In this document: positions 12,484 to 22,340 of the stretch, piece by piece
Position numbering within the stretch: position 1 is the first letter of the stretch
Layout: every line of letters starts with the position of its first letter
Origin: Veleropilina oligotropha
Taxonomy: Eukaryota
Direction: 5' to 3'
Assembly: GCA_048128005.1 (NCBI GenBank)
Contig: JBEUKZ010000081.1
Coordinates: 186,001-250,000, forward strand
DNA length: 64,000 nt
Translations under genes and position numbers: made by a program
Notes under the pieces: generated by a model
Database searches by the model: none
Told to the model about the DNA's origin: nothing
What the model saw: only the letters and a program-made list of their open reading frames with translations

Positions 12484-15441
12484 TTACTGATTAGAAGACC
12501 TCGGTCTAACAATAACTCTTTGTGCAGCAACACACTGTAAGCTGCTCAAGCCATCAGCACTTGTTGAGTAGTCCCGCAGATAATGTTTGACAAACACATT
12601 AGCGTTTTTCCAATATCCAGCCTGAAGTAACGCATTGATATTTAAATTATGTCGGAATGCTACAGACGCGGCAATTGCCCGGACTTCATGTGCGCGGACC
12701 GATAAAATAGTTCGGTCGTCGTCATCACAACGGATGTAAACATCTCTCACAGTTTGTGAAATCCACCGCGAAACAGTTGTCCTCGTAATGTCGCGGGTGT
12801 AGGTAGGCAAATACGAAATGAATAAACGTAGTTTCCCTGTCCGCATTTCACGGGTTCTGTCGAGGTAGAAGCGAAGCGCCCGTACCGGGCAATTGAGGCG
12901 GTCTGCATCGTGCCTTCCGACTAGCGTTAGCTTGGGAATAACAACATCGGGTGCGTCCTCGTTCGGCCGTTGGTTCTTGGCTAGAAAGCCAAGAATAGGA
13001 CGCAGTATCACCGACCCGTCTGACTGGAATCGTATATCTCTTAGCTCGGAGGAGAAAGCATGAATCTCGGAACAACGCCTGCCCGACGCTAAGGCGATCA
13101 GAAAAACCGTTTTGTGCGTCAAGTTCCTCATGGTTATCTCGGACATCGGCTCATACGGGGGTAAGAGTAATGCGTTAAGAATAAGTACGATATTCCAAGC
13201 AGGTGGCTTAATTTTTCGGGTCGGTATCTCGAGTTCGTAAGATCGTATAAAATCTGATATCGTTCGGTCGCTTGATAGGCCAGCATGGGCACGACACTGC
13301 TTTAGCGTGGTCGCGATCGTTGCCCGATAGCCTTTGACGGCGGACACTGACATACCGCGGTCGAAGAGCGACGATAAAAACTCGATAAACTTGTTCACAG
13401 GGGGACGGAGTATATTGACCTGCCTGCTGTGACACCAATCCACGTACTTAACCCATCGGTAGTCATAGACTTTTGTCGTGGAAATCCTTCTCGATCGATA
13501 GATACGTAAGGCTGTAGCTTTAGAAAATCCTTTCTTAGCAAGGGATCGTTCGATAACCGCCAGGCATGTAAACGTAAGTGGTTCGGCGACTCGTGGAGTA
13601 CACGGGTGCGTGGTTGCATTAACAGGTCTAGTTTCTGCGGTAACGCTAACGGTCGATCGACGATCAGATCGAGGAGGGTCGGAAACCAAGGTTGCGTGCG
13701 ATACAGGGGCGCTATTAGCGTTATCTCGCAACGTTCGGTCGCTGCCTTCTGTAATACCAGTGATAGAATGCACGTCGGGGGGAAGGCATACGCGGACAGA
13801 TTCTCCCATGTCATTGACAGTGCGTCGACCGCTAGGGCGGCCGGGTCTGGGTACGGGGAGACATACAGAGGTAGTCGGTAATTGAATTCTGTTGCAAACA
13901 AATCGACTTGGGGTTGCGACCACCGGCGGCAAACATCCCGAGCTACTCGGCTGTGTAGCGTCCACTCTGTGTGTATTATCTGTGATCTCCGAGAGAGCGA
14001 ATCCGCTCTGACATTCAGCTTTCCCGGGATGTGTCGGGCTCGAATCGTCGAGTTGAGGGACATCACTAAGCGGTGTAGGTCTATTGCTCGGTCGCATAGG
14101 GGACGCGAGCGAGTACCGCCCTGGTGCTGTATGTAAGCGACGACAGTCGTGTTGTCCGTGGCGAGCATTATGTGCTTGTTGCGGAGATGTAACGAGAGGG
14201 ACCGTACTGACAGGAAGACGGCTTCTAACTCTAGGAAGTTGATATGTCGTCCCTGAAGGTCTGTCGGCCATAGGCCTGATGTCTCGTAACTGTCGAGGTG
14301 ACCACCCCAGCCGTCGTTCGAAGCGTCTGTGAACAGGTAAGCGTTCGGCTCTGGTGGGGATATAGGAACCGACTGGTCCGGCAAAGCGGGGTTCAACCAC
14401 ACTGCTGTCGTGTCGGTAAACCAATGCCGTAGATCGATGCGATCCGTCCACTGCCCCGTCCGTTGTATCCAGCGATCCCTGAACGCCTGTTGTAACGGTC
14501 TTTTGTCCATGCGACCCGTCGGTAGCAGGGGCGCTACCGACTCGATTTGCCCCAGGACAGTGGCCAGTTGTCGCGCCGTAGTTATGTCCGATGACAGGGT
14601 GTCTTGGATAACCGCGCGTAGGTTCCGCATACGCTTCTGGGTCGGCTTCGCGGTGTACCGGACCGTATCGAAGTCGACTCCGAGGAACGTAAACGTCGTC
14701 GAGGGCACGAAGCAGGATTTTGTCTCGTTGATCTGAAATCCCAGGCGCTTCGTCGATGACAGGGTAAAGCTCGTAGACCGGAGGCACAGATCCCGGGACG
14801 CCCCGAGGATCAGCCAGTCGTCGAGGTACATATGTACCCTGTGCCCTAGAGAGTGTAGGAAGGCCCCTAGGGCCTGTACTGTTCTCGTGAAGACGTACGG
14901 GGCTGACGATAGACCGAACGGTAGGCACCTGAATTGGTAGATCGTCTCCCCGTGTATAAACCGAAGGTACTGATGAGCCGTGACATGCATCGGGACATGC
15001 AGATACGCGTCGGCGAGATCGATAGACGCTGCCCAGTCGCCCGGACGGATGGCCGCTCGAATCTTCGAGAGGGTTTCTTGCTGGAATTTCTCGGTACGAA
15101 GATATCTGTTTAGGTACGAGAGATCGAGGATCGGTCTCCAGCGGCCATCGGGTTTCGGGACCAGGAAGAAATGGCTGTAAAATCCTGGTGTGCTGGGCGG
15201 CGCGGGATATATCGCTCTTTTTAGGAGCAAATCCCGCACTGCCTGGTCTAAGACCGCTTGTTTCTCTCCGTTTAGGAGGCGAGCGTGTCTTGTTGGTGGT
15301 GCCTCGGTTAAGGTCGGATGCCGGTTGAATGCCAACTTGTATCCGGCACTCACGACTAAGTGGACCCAGTTGCTGTCTGTCAGCTCTAGCCAGGGCTGGC
15401 TGTGTGCTAACAGGCACGCTCCCACCGGCGGGAGCGGGCAA
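12484..15441 (-). CDS. DIRS-A tyrosine recombinase ORF with long N-terminal frame overlapping pol
   Basis: C-terminal ~380 aa has YR motifs ALASGRRCSEIHA, CPVRALRFY, HEVRA, FVKHY; the listed start is TTG and the frame is the same as gag. Confidence 0.9.
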   Translation of the reverse strand: MPAPAGGSVPVSTQPALARADRQQLGPLSRECRIQVGIQPASDLNRGTTNKTRSPPKRRETSGLRPGSAGFAPKKSDISRAAQHTRILQPFLPGPETRWPLETDPRSLVPKQISSYREIPARNPLEDSSGHPSGRLGSVYRSRRRVSACPDACHGSSVPSVYTRGDDLPIQVPTVRSIVSPVRLHENSTGPRGLPTLSRAQGTYVPRRLADPRGVPGSVPPVYELYPVIDEAPGISDQRDKILLRALDDVYVPRSRLRYGPVHREADPEAYAEPTRGYPRHPVIGHNYGATTGHCPGANRVGSAPATDGSHGQKTVTTGVQGSLDTTDGAVDGSHRSTALVYRHDSSVVEPRFAGPVGSYIPTRAERLPVHRRFERRLGWSPRQLRDIRPMADRPSGTTYQLPRVRSRLPVSTVPLVTSPQQAHNARHGQHDCRRLHTAPGRYSLASPMRPSNRPTPLSDVPQLDDSSPTHPGKAECQSGFALSEITDNTHRVDATQPSSSGCLPPVVATPSRFVCNRIQLPTTSVCLPVPRPGRPSGRRTVNDMGESVRVCLPPDVHSITGITEGSDRTLRDNANSAPVSHATLVSDPPRSDRRSTVSVTAETRPVNATTHPCTPRVAEPLTFTCLAVIERSLAKKGFSKATALRIYRSRRISTTKVYDYRWVKYVDWCHSRQVNILRPPVNKFIEFLSSLFDRGMSVSAVKGYRATIATTLKQCRAHAGLSSDRTISDFIRSYELEIPTRKIKPPAWNIVLILNALLLPPYEPMSEITMRNLTHKTVFLIALASGRRCSEIHAFSSELRDIRFQSDGSVILRPILGFLAKNQRPNEDAPDVVIPKLTLVGRHDADRLNCPVRALRFYLDRTREMRTGKLRLFISYLPTYTRDITRTTVSRWISQTVRDVYIRCDDDDRTILSVRAHEVRAIAASVAFRHNLNINALLQAGYWKNANVFVKHYLRDYSTSADGLSSLQCVAAQRVIVRPRSSNQ

Positions 15442-15677
15442 CTGGGGCCGTCGCGAATGCCGGCAGCCCTAGGGCCGAGGCTTCCCTCTCCCGCTCTGCT
15501 TGCGGGATTTTGCTGGAGGTGCTTGCCTCTTTGGAGTGGGTTTATTGGCCGGAGGCCTACCACCCGAAGAGGGCTTCGCACGCTTAGAAGGCTTCGGGGC
15601 CGGGGTGGGCCCGGAGCGCTTCTTCGAGTTGGCAGGTGGACCCCGGGTGGGGAGCAGTACTGCCTTCTCGATGGCAC
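13395..15677 (-). CDS. DIRS-A pol: reverse transcriptase, RNase H, DNA adenine methyltransferase-like domain
   Basis: RPILDL, SIDLADAYLH, LPFGLSSAP, YLDDWL; RNase H TDAS..GWG, HINFLEL, TDN, HIPG.LN..AD.LSR; MT-like DLFAT, DAL, YAFPP. No AUG near the start. Confidence 0.95.
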   Translation of the reverse strand: MPSRRQYCSPPGVHLPTRRSAPGPPRPRSLLSVRSPLRVVGLRPINPLQRGKHLQQNPASRAGEGSLGPRAAGIRDGPSCPLPPVGACLLAHSQPWLELTDSNWVHLVVSAGYKLAFNRHPTLTEAPPTRHARLLNGEKQAVLDQAVRDLLLKRAIYPAPPSTPGFYSHFFLVPKPDGRWRPILDLSYLNRYLRTEKFQQETLSKIRAAIRPGDWAASIDLADAYLHVPMHVTAHQYLRFIHGETIYQFRCLPFGLSSAPYVFTRTVQALGAFLHSLGHRVHMYLDDWLILGASRDLCLRSTSFTLSSTKRLGFQINETKSCFVPSTTFTFLGVDFDTVRYTAKPTQKRMRNLRAVIQDTLSSDITTARQLATVLGQIESVAPLLPTGRMDKRPLQQAFRDRWIQRTGQWTDRIDLRHWFTDTTAVWLNPALPDQSVPISPPEPNAYLFTDASNDGWGGHLDSYETSGLWPTDLQGRHINFLELEAVFLSVRSLSLHLRNKHIMLATDNTTVVAYIQHQGGTRSRPLCDRAIDLHRLVMSLNSTIRARHIPGKLNVRADSLSRRSQIIHTEWTLHSRVARDVCRRWSQPQVDLFATEFNYRLPLYVSPYPDPAALAVDALSMTWENLSAYAFPPTCILSLVLQKAATERCEITLIAPLYRTQPWFPTLLDLIVDRPLALPQKLDLLMQPRTRVLHESPNHLRLHAWRLSNDPLLRKDFLKLQPYVSIDREGFPRQKSMTTDGLSTWIGVTAGRSIYSVPL

Positions 15678-17718
15678 GGTCCTTCATGTCCGCCGCTCTC
15701 TTGTCAACGAACTCCGAAAAGTTGTCACCAAAGAGAGTGGTGGCCGAGCAAGGTACGCATCGCAACGAGCGCCGGGTGGGCTCGTCCAGCGGGGTACCTT
15801 CCAGGCAAGCATCCCTACGAAGTAGGAGGGCATTGCCCAGGACACGTCCCGTCTCCAACGCGCTGGTCTCCTGCGCGGCAGCAACCTCCTGGAGGAAGGA
15901 CAGGGCAGCCTCGGGGGTGCCGGGTCCATTCTCCTGTAGTACGGCTATCGCGCCGTCCAAGAAAAAGTCCTGAACAGACGATAGCCGTAGAGCCCGTCGG
16001 GCGGCGCTCTCGAAAGCTTCCAAGGCGGACCAAGGAACTTTCGCTACGGAGGGAGTGTGACTGGCGGTCAGTCGACGCAACGAAGCGTCAACACGAGCCG
16101 GCTCAGTCGCCAGGCACGGACCAGTGCATTCGAACGGGATCGCTCGAGTACTGGCCCGGAGGTACCTCCCACTACGGAACCCCGAAGGGAACTCGTTCAG
16201 CGGGGAGGACTCCACCGGATTGCGCCCCTGAACGAGCTTGGTGATCGAGTCTACAACCAGATCTACCAGCCCGGACTGAGGTAAGGAGGGGAGCTCGGGG
16301 GCTTCCCTACTAACAAACCGATGTGCTGCCGTCCTATGCTTGGCTACGTCTACAGCCGACCGAGTCGGTTCCGACAAGCCAAGCACCCCGCGAAGTGACG
16401 CAACGGCGTCGAGCCTTCGGCGGGTGGAGGAGGTCGGCTCCTGCGTGCCTGTAAGACTAATGTCTTCGGGCCCGACCGATTCAGGGAGGTCGGTGTGATT
16501 GGAACCGAGGTCCTCGTCGGAACGAGGGTCGATGTCCATCACTGAGGCAGGAGCCGTGCTCTGCGCCATGGGCAGATGTGTAGGTACCTGGTGCGGCTCG
16601 GGAGCCGTCGGCCAGGCCTTACACCGTTCCTCGATCCCCGCCGCGATCCATGCCTGGACGTTCTCAAAAGAGAAACCCGAAGGCAGGACGGGCGACGAAC
16701 TAACAGCCGGTAGTTCTGTCGAGGTAACCGTGGCGCTAGGTAGACGGGCTGCACGGACAGGTGGTACCGAGGACCAGGGTCCACGGGCACTTGTCGAGGG
16801 GTCGAACCCGAAGGACTGGCCCGAAGGCACAGTCAGTAGGCCGGACGACCGATAGGACTGCGGCAACAGTTCTGATCGGTCTACCACTCTGTTCGAGCGA
16901 GGCACGGACGGAAAACCGCCGTAGAACCCCGTCCCGAACGCAGCCGGTCTGTCCACGTTCTCTAGCGTGACCACGGTGGGTGCACGGGAGAGACCGGGCC
17001 CTCTGAATGTCTCGTGAGCTTCGAGGTTGAGCGGAAAACCCCTAGGGGTAGTCGCATCATTCTCGACCGAGGATTCAGGTTTCGCCGATTGTCCGAGTCT
17101 TAGACCTACAAGTAGGTGCCCGGCCTCTTTAAAGGCTTTCTCTGCATTGGGTCTGTCCCCGTCGCTAGACGGAGAGTTTCCCGCAGAAGGACTAACTGTC
17201 CCCTTATTCTTCGAGGCCGAAGAAAAGGATGGGGATGGTCTGCCCTGTTCAGCTGTTCGCTGCGCTGTCATGTATACCTTGCTAGCCGGCAAGGTATGGC
17301 TGACTGCAGTTACTAGGCCCAGTTGAGGAGGAACGGTCGACACTCGGGTCTTTACCTGAATCTGGGGTACCGGCAAGGTTTCGGTGACTCCCCGAAGAGT
17401 CGCGGAGGTTTCGCCGGTGGATCCGGCGACAGACGTCCCCTTGTGTCGGCTGTCGTCCAGCGTCCCTGAAGCAGACAATGAAGAAACATTATGTAACTTA
17501 CCGGTCTCTTCCTGACCCTTCTCCGGGGGAGGACCCACCGTGGCAGCCGCCCTGGTCGACTTACCCTGGTGAGACAGGACTGCCCACTGCTTATCTGATA
17601 GAAGAAAGCACAGATCACATTGATGTTGTATACTACAGCTACGGTGAATACGACATTCCTTGTGCCTATCAAATCCGTGAATTTTCTGGTTACACCCGGA
17701 GCTACTGCACCGGACCAT
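15469..17718 (-). CDS. DIRS-A gag-like ORF1
   Basis: ATG at 17718; N-terminal Cys/His cluster (C-x4-C..DRH..C..H..C..C..C), C-terminal LLRRD..L..R..P..LFG motif typical of DIRS gag; homologous to copy B. Confidence 0.88.
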   Translation of the reverse strand: MVRCSSSGCNQKIHGFDRHKECRIHRSCSIQHQCDLCFLLSDKQWAVLSHQGKSTRAAATVGPPPEKGQEETGKLHNVSSLSASGTLDDSRHKGTSVAGSTGETSATLRGVTETLPVPQIQVKTRVSTVPPQLGLVTAVSHTLPASKVYMTAQRTAEQGRPSPSFSSASKNKGTVSPSAGNSPSSDGDRPNAEKAFKEAGHLLVGLRLGQSAKPESSVENDATTPRGFPLNLEAHETFRGPGLSRAPTVVTLENVDRPAAFGTGFYGGFPSVPRSNRVVDRSELLPQSYRSSGLLTVPSGQSFGFDPSTSARGPWSSVPPVRAARLPSATVTSTELPAVSSSPVLPSGFSFENVQAWIAAGIEERCKAWPTAPEPHQVPTHLPMAQSTAPASVMDIDPRSDEDLGSNHTDLPESVGPEDISLTGTQEPTSSTRRRLDAVASLRGVLGLSEPTRSAVDVAKHRTAAHRFVSREAPELPSLPQSGLVDLVVDSITKLVQGRNPVESSPLNEFPSGFRSGRYLRASTRAIPFECTGPCLATEPARVDASLRRLTASHTPSVAKVPWSALEAFESAARRALRLSSVQDFFLDGAIAVLQENGPGTPEAALSFLQEVAAAQETSALETGRVLGNALLLRRDACLEGTPLDEPTRRSLRCVPCSATTLFGDNFSEFVDKRAADMKDRAIEKAVLLPTRGPPANSKKRSGPTPAPKPSKRAKPSSGGRPPANKPTPKRQAPPAKSRKQSGRGKPRP

Positions 17719-18498
17719 AGCTAAATACACGGGAGGGTGGACATGGGTAGACGGGGTAGGTAAATAGGTATATATATGGTAGTTGTGACTTCTTTCCTAT
17801 GGAGGGAGTACTACGACAACTCACAGAATTGTCCTGATCTGAAGATCAAAGATCAAGCGATATACCGTTATAAAACCCCGAACTGGGAACACCGAGGTCG
17901 GGTATTTTACCCGACCGACCCGGTAACCCGGCAAATTGACTAAAACAAACGGTGGTTCTTTCCTCGAAAAAACCGCCCAGAAAACACCTGAAAACCTCGT
18001 GGATGTTTTTATGTTAGTACAATGGCGTATTATCCCAGCAACGGCAGGATATCAGAAAAAACGCAAGCGTGATATCAAAAGATCCTGCCTTTTTAACAAC
18101 GCTAGAAATTTTTTATATAATAATAAATAACCAGCAAATAGCGTTGTTAAGGAATTATCCAATATAATGAGTTACCTGTTTTCAGTCTCAAACAATATCA
18201 GATAAATATACCGACCAGAAATTTCAGCTACACTCGAAACTTTCCCTCTAAGCGGCCATTTTTAACAGCCACGGCGTCCTTGACGACGATGTCGGTTTCA
18301 CTTGATGTCCAGAACTTCCTCGAAGTTTTGAGAATCACTCTTCTTATATTCACTTGTGTCTTGTATCCACAACACAGGGTTATATTCCACTACTTATAAT
18401 CGATATAAGTAGAATACTGCGCCCAGATTTAACATGAAATCGGGCGCCTATTTCGAAATATTTGCGGAGCAAAACAACGTCTTTCCGCGGCAGCGGAA

Positions 18499-18718
18499 AA
18501 CTTTGAATTGATGTCATGTGACTTCTATGGTTCAGAAGTCTCGCGAGACTTGGCGAGGTCTCGCGGGGGAACGTGGGGGAGGAGGAGCAGGGGAGGTAAC
18601 CGTGGTACGTTTTTGCGTCTTTGACTTATTAATAGTGCATAATGTGACTTATTCACTGTTTCCGGTTAGCAATAATATTACTATTATGGCTAGCAAGAGT
18701 AAGGACGTAAGTATGTTT
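18499..18718. repeat. DIRS-A left inverted terminal repeat
   Basis: Reverse complement of 11276-11495. Confidence 0.92.
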
Positions 18719-19215
18719 GTAACTATATATATATATTAATAGTAAATCATGATGCCATCATAAGAGAACACATAATCAACGATAAAGATGATTAGATGTT
18801 TAATGACCATGCCTATTATTCAGGCATAAATCTGTCAATCAACATTGCAATGGAGGCAGCGATCAAGGGAAACATCCCGGTACATCCTGGGATTGAACCC
18901 TGCACCTTCAGTTAATAGACCAGCACAATATCCACCTGGCCATCCTGCCCTCCCCCCTCCCATAATCAATGACCAATTACCTGTACTGTATCAATGTATC
19001 CATATTCCTAAGAAACAAATTCGGTCACGTCAGCAAATAATGAGTCTGAACAGCACAACCCCACCAAAATGCTGTTACACCTGCAAAACAGAAGGTACAT
19101 GGTGTAATCAAGAAGACTCCCTTCAGGTTAATACTATTGTTCATGTGGCAGATGTTGAACTATCAGGTATTCATAGCTAATGGTCAGAATAATTATAATT
19201 TGATAATTTAACGAT

Positions 19216-19480
19216 CTTATATACAGTAGTGCATTATCACGCAAATGTCTCAATGCGCTGAACATTATTATTTATTACCCCTGGTTATGGGCCTGTTCCA
19301 CTCGATATACCCTCTCAACTCCCTCTGGAAGCATATTAAAGTCATTTACACGTGAGTAGCGCCATGACTTACATACTGCCAATCAGGTACCCATTCAGAT
19401 CGGCTGGGTGGACCGAGGCAAATATATGCTTATTTCCTTGCCCATGTGCAATCGCCGAACTTTGGGGGCGAACCCGGGAT
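19216..19480 (-). mobile_element. Old SINE with Nin/Deu-like central domain
   Basis: Minus strand has GCCTCGGTCCACCCAGCCGA..AATGGGTACC, shared with the 34626 element, and a degenerate B box. Confidence 0.6.
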
Positions 19481-19862
19481 CATATTGGCAAAGACAAATT
19501 GTTTCTGACTTGCTGGCAGTTTTAATACCACTAGTCAACTGCACAAGAAAAGATTGTCAGTATAATATGATAGTCGTTGAATATTTAAGTTTAATTTTCA
19601 TGTATTAGACAGCATTTAACTATCAGCAAGCTCTGTTAGAAGGATATCAACAAGGTCATTGCAGAACCATTTTGAGTACTTGGAATTTACCATCTTCCAT
19701 CTGTATCATATGTGAAAACGTATAGATCTGTTAGTGAAGTAGAGGAGAGGATTTGCCTATTATAATGCATGGAGAACAACTGGGAATCGATTAAGATCGT
19801 AACTCGTGTTTTGTAAGACTTTGCGCAAACAAGATCAACATCAATATAAATCTAGTTTCTTC

Positions 19863-20105
19863 CTGGACACACCCACTGCATATCTCAACATACATTATTG
19901 GACACACCCACTGCATATCTCAACATACATTATTGGACACACCCACTGCATATCTCAACATACATTATTGGACACACCCACTGCGTATCTCAACATACAT
20001 TATTGGACACACCCACTGCATATCTCAACATACATTATTGGACACACCCACTGCATATCTCAACATACATTATTGGACACACCCACTGCATATCTCAACA
20101 TACAT
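19863..20105 (+). repeat. 35-bp minisatellite (~7 copies)
   Basis: Unit tggacacacccactgcatatctcaacatacattat. Confidence 0.95.
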
Positions 20106-20307
20106 GTTCTTAGGTTGAACAAGGAAAGGACTTGAAAACGTAGCATCCAAAGTGCAACTGTTCTGTTGTATTATATAACTCTCCAATAATCCAATCTTGC
20201 TAGAGAATAAATCAACTTATGCAAGTAGACCACAGTAACGCTGTCCTTTAACACATGTATCATAGTTAATGAGTACTAGGATACCTCAGCATGGTTAATA
20301 TTAATAT

Positions 20308-22340
20308 AAACAAGTGATTGCCACTAAGTGGCGATTGTCCCACGGCCGCCCGTATTATTGACCACATATAGATTTTTGCCCGCTGTGTATTCAGTAACTC
20401 AATGAGAATTCATTAATTAAGCAAGATTTTCTGCCACAAGAGGATACAGAGATAGATATGCACCCAGAGACTAAGTGTAAATACTTATGTAAATTAAATA
20501 ATTATCATTATTCGAACTTGATCCATCCCATATCACATTGTGGTTAGTTGGTCTGTGAAGTTTCGGAAAGCTAACATTTTTCTAAATGGAAAAGTTAGTT
20601 GTGAGAAAATTGATACATTTCATACATGCAGAGACTAGGTTTTAAATCAGAAAAATTCAGCATTAAATCAAGCCTTGAAGGTTTAAAAAATCCCCAATAT
20701 TTGAACTTGATCTACCCCATGATGGGGTTAGTTGATCTGTAAAGTTTCAGAAAGCTAGCACCTCTGTAAATGAAATAAGGGCATGTGAGAAAATTGACCA
20801 CATCCATGCTTGCAGAGACTATGTATAAAATTGCCAAAAAATCCATCAATTTAAAAAAACATTCCCCATATTCGAAAAGGAAAAAGGAAAGGATCAATGC
20901 TTATTGTCCTGTATATTTCCAAATTATTTAGATTCAAACCAGGACATGTCCGTATTATCACGGGAGGAATAGCCCGCCCTCTTGGACCAGTTATGTACAA
21001 CTGTGATTCATAACTTGAACAAATAATTGACAACATCCATGCTTCCAGAGACTATATTCAATATCACGAAAAACCTAAAAAATTTCAAAATAAATTCCCA
21101 ATATTCGAACTTTATCTATCCAATGACATGATTAATTGATCGGTAAAGTTTCAGAAAGCTAGAAATTCTCAATATGAAAACAAGAAATTCCACAGAATTA
21201 TATGTCTCGCCCACCCCGGCTTACCTTGAAAGAGCTAGGCCACATATTCAGTTTGCAAAGCAAGAATTCAGAAGAACTACCTTTGCAGTGCTGATCCTAA
21301 TATAGTTATTGTAAGACGAAGTTTCAGAGAAACAGAAATTAAGACAAAATCTTATTATTATATACTCGAGATTAAATATATTTACAGCAGCTAAACCATG
21401 ACAAAATCATAGTATCCCAGACTATTGTCAGGGGACACAATGACTTGAACCTTGACCAGCTGAGGAGAGTGATATTAGACACTGGATACAGTCTATTCTT
21501 GTAATGACAATATATGCTGCCATCTCAAGATACCCATGGAATAAACCAGTGGGGAAGCCAGTTTTCAAAATCCATCTGATTTTGAGAATCCCAACTTCAC
21601 AGAGTGACCATTAAGCTTAACAGCTTACTGTGCCTATTGGCAGTGAACAAGTCTTACAGATTAGCACATGTCCCTTTCATCATACACACATATGACTTAC
21701 AAAAATATCTGTTTCTTTCCATCCTCAATATTTCAAGACATAATTAAACTTTGTGTATGCACAGCGAAAATAAATCATGTAACATTTTCATTAAAAAAAA
21801 TTTTTTTTTGGGGGGGGGGAAGGTGATGGTGAACAAATCTGAAGGATTAACATGTTTAACAGGTTTTTACATGTGAAGTTTAATATTGAACTGATGTACG
21901 TTGTAGTGGAGAGATATCAATATATCATCTGGTAACAATACTCAAAACCTTCACACAATAATTAAACTTTGGGGGGTGGTGAGCATGATGGGGGGGGGGG
22001 TTGAGGGGGAAAAGCAATACCTATGTCTCGTTCCCTACGGGCGAGACAAAAATTGAAAATCACATCCATGCTTCCAGAGACTATGTTCAAACGTCCTGAT
22101 AAGTCACCAAAAAACCCATATGTTTTCAAAATACATGTCCAATATTCGAACTTGATCTACCCAATGTTGTGGTTAGTTCATCTGTAAAGTTTTCGGAAAG
22201 CTCGCATTTCTCTAAATGGCAAAAAAAGATGTGGGAAAATCTGGGACGGACGGACGGAAGGACGGACGGGCGGACAGACGGACGGAAGGATGCAGATACT
22301 ATATCCCCCGTCTGCCCGATAGGCGGCGGGGACAATTAAA
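20308..22340 (-). mobile_element. Helentron-associated (HINE/pearl-like) non-autonomous element with nested insertions
   Basis: AAACAAG end with short hairpin (gccact..agtggc), subterminal inverted repeat attgtccc/gggacaat, (GGAC)n microsatellite, diverged internal tandem units; a second similar element at ~21177-22052 and a SINE fragment at ~20877-21023 are nested in it. Confidence 0.65.

Larger units (their letters stand above)
11243..18729 (-). mobile_element. DIRS1-type tyrosine-recombinase retrotransposon, copy A (apparently intact)
   Basis: gag, RT-RNaseH-MT and YR ORFs uninterrupted; ~220-bp ITRs (11276-11495 and 18499-18718); right terminal extension; internal complementary region at 11557-11646. 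Confidence 0.96.

Noticed and set aside
13606..17720. Many antisense and alternate-frame ORFs inside DIRS-A (and equivalents in DIRS-B)
   Set aside because: Expected by-product of GC-rich dual-coding sequence; no motifs recognised.
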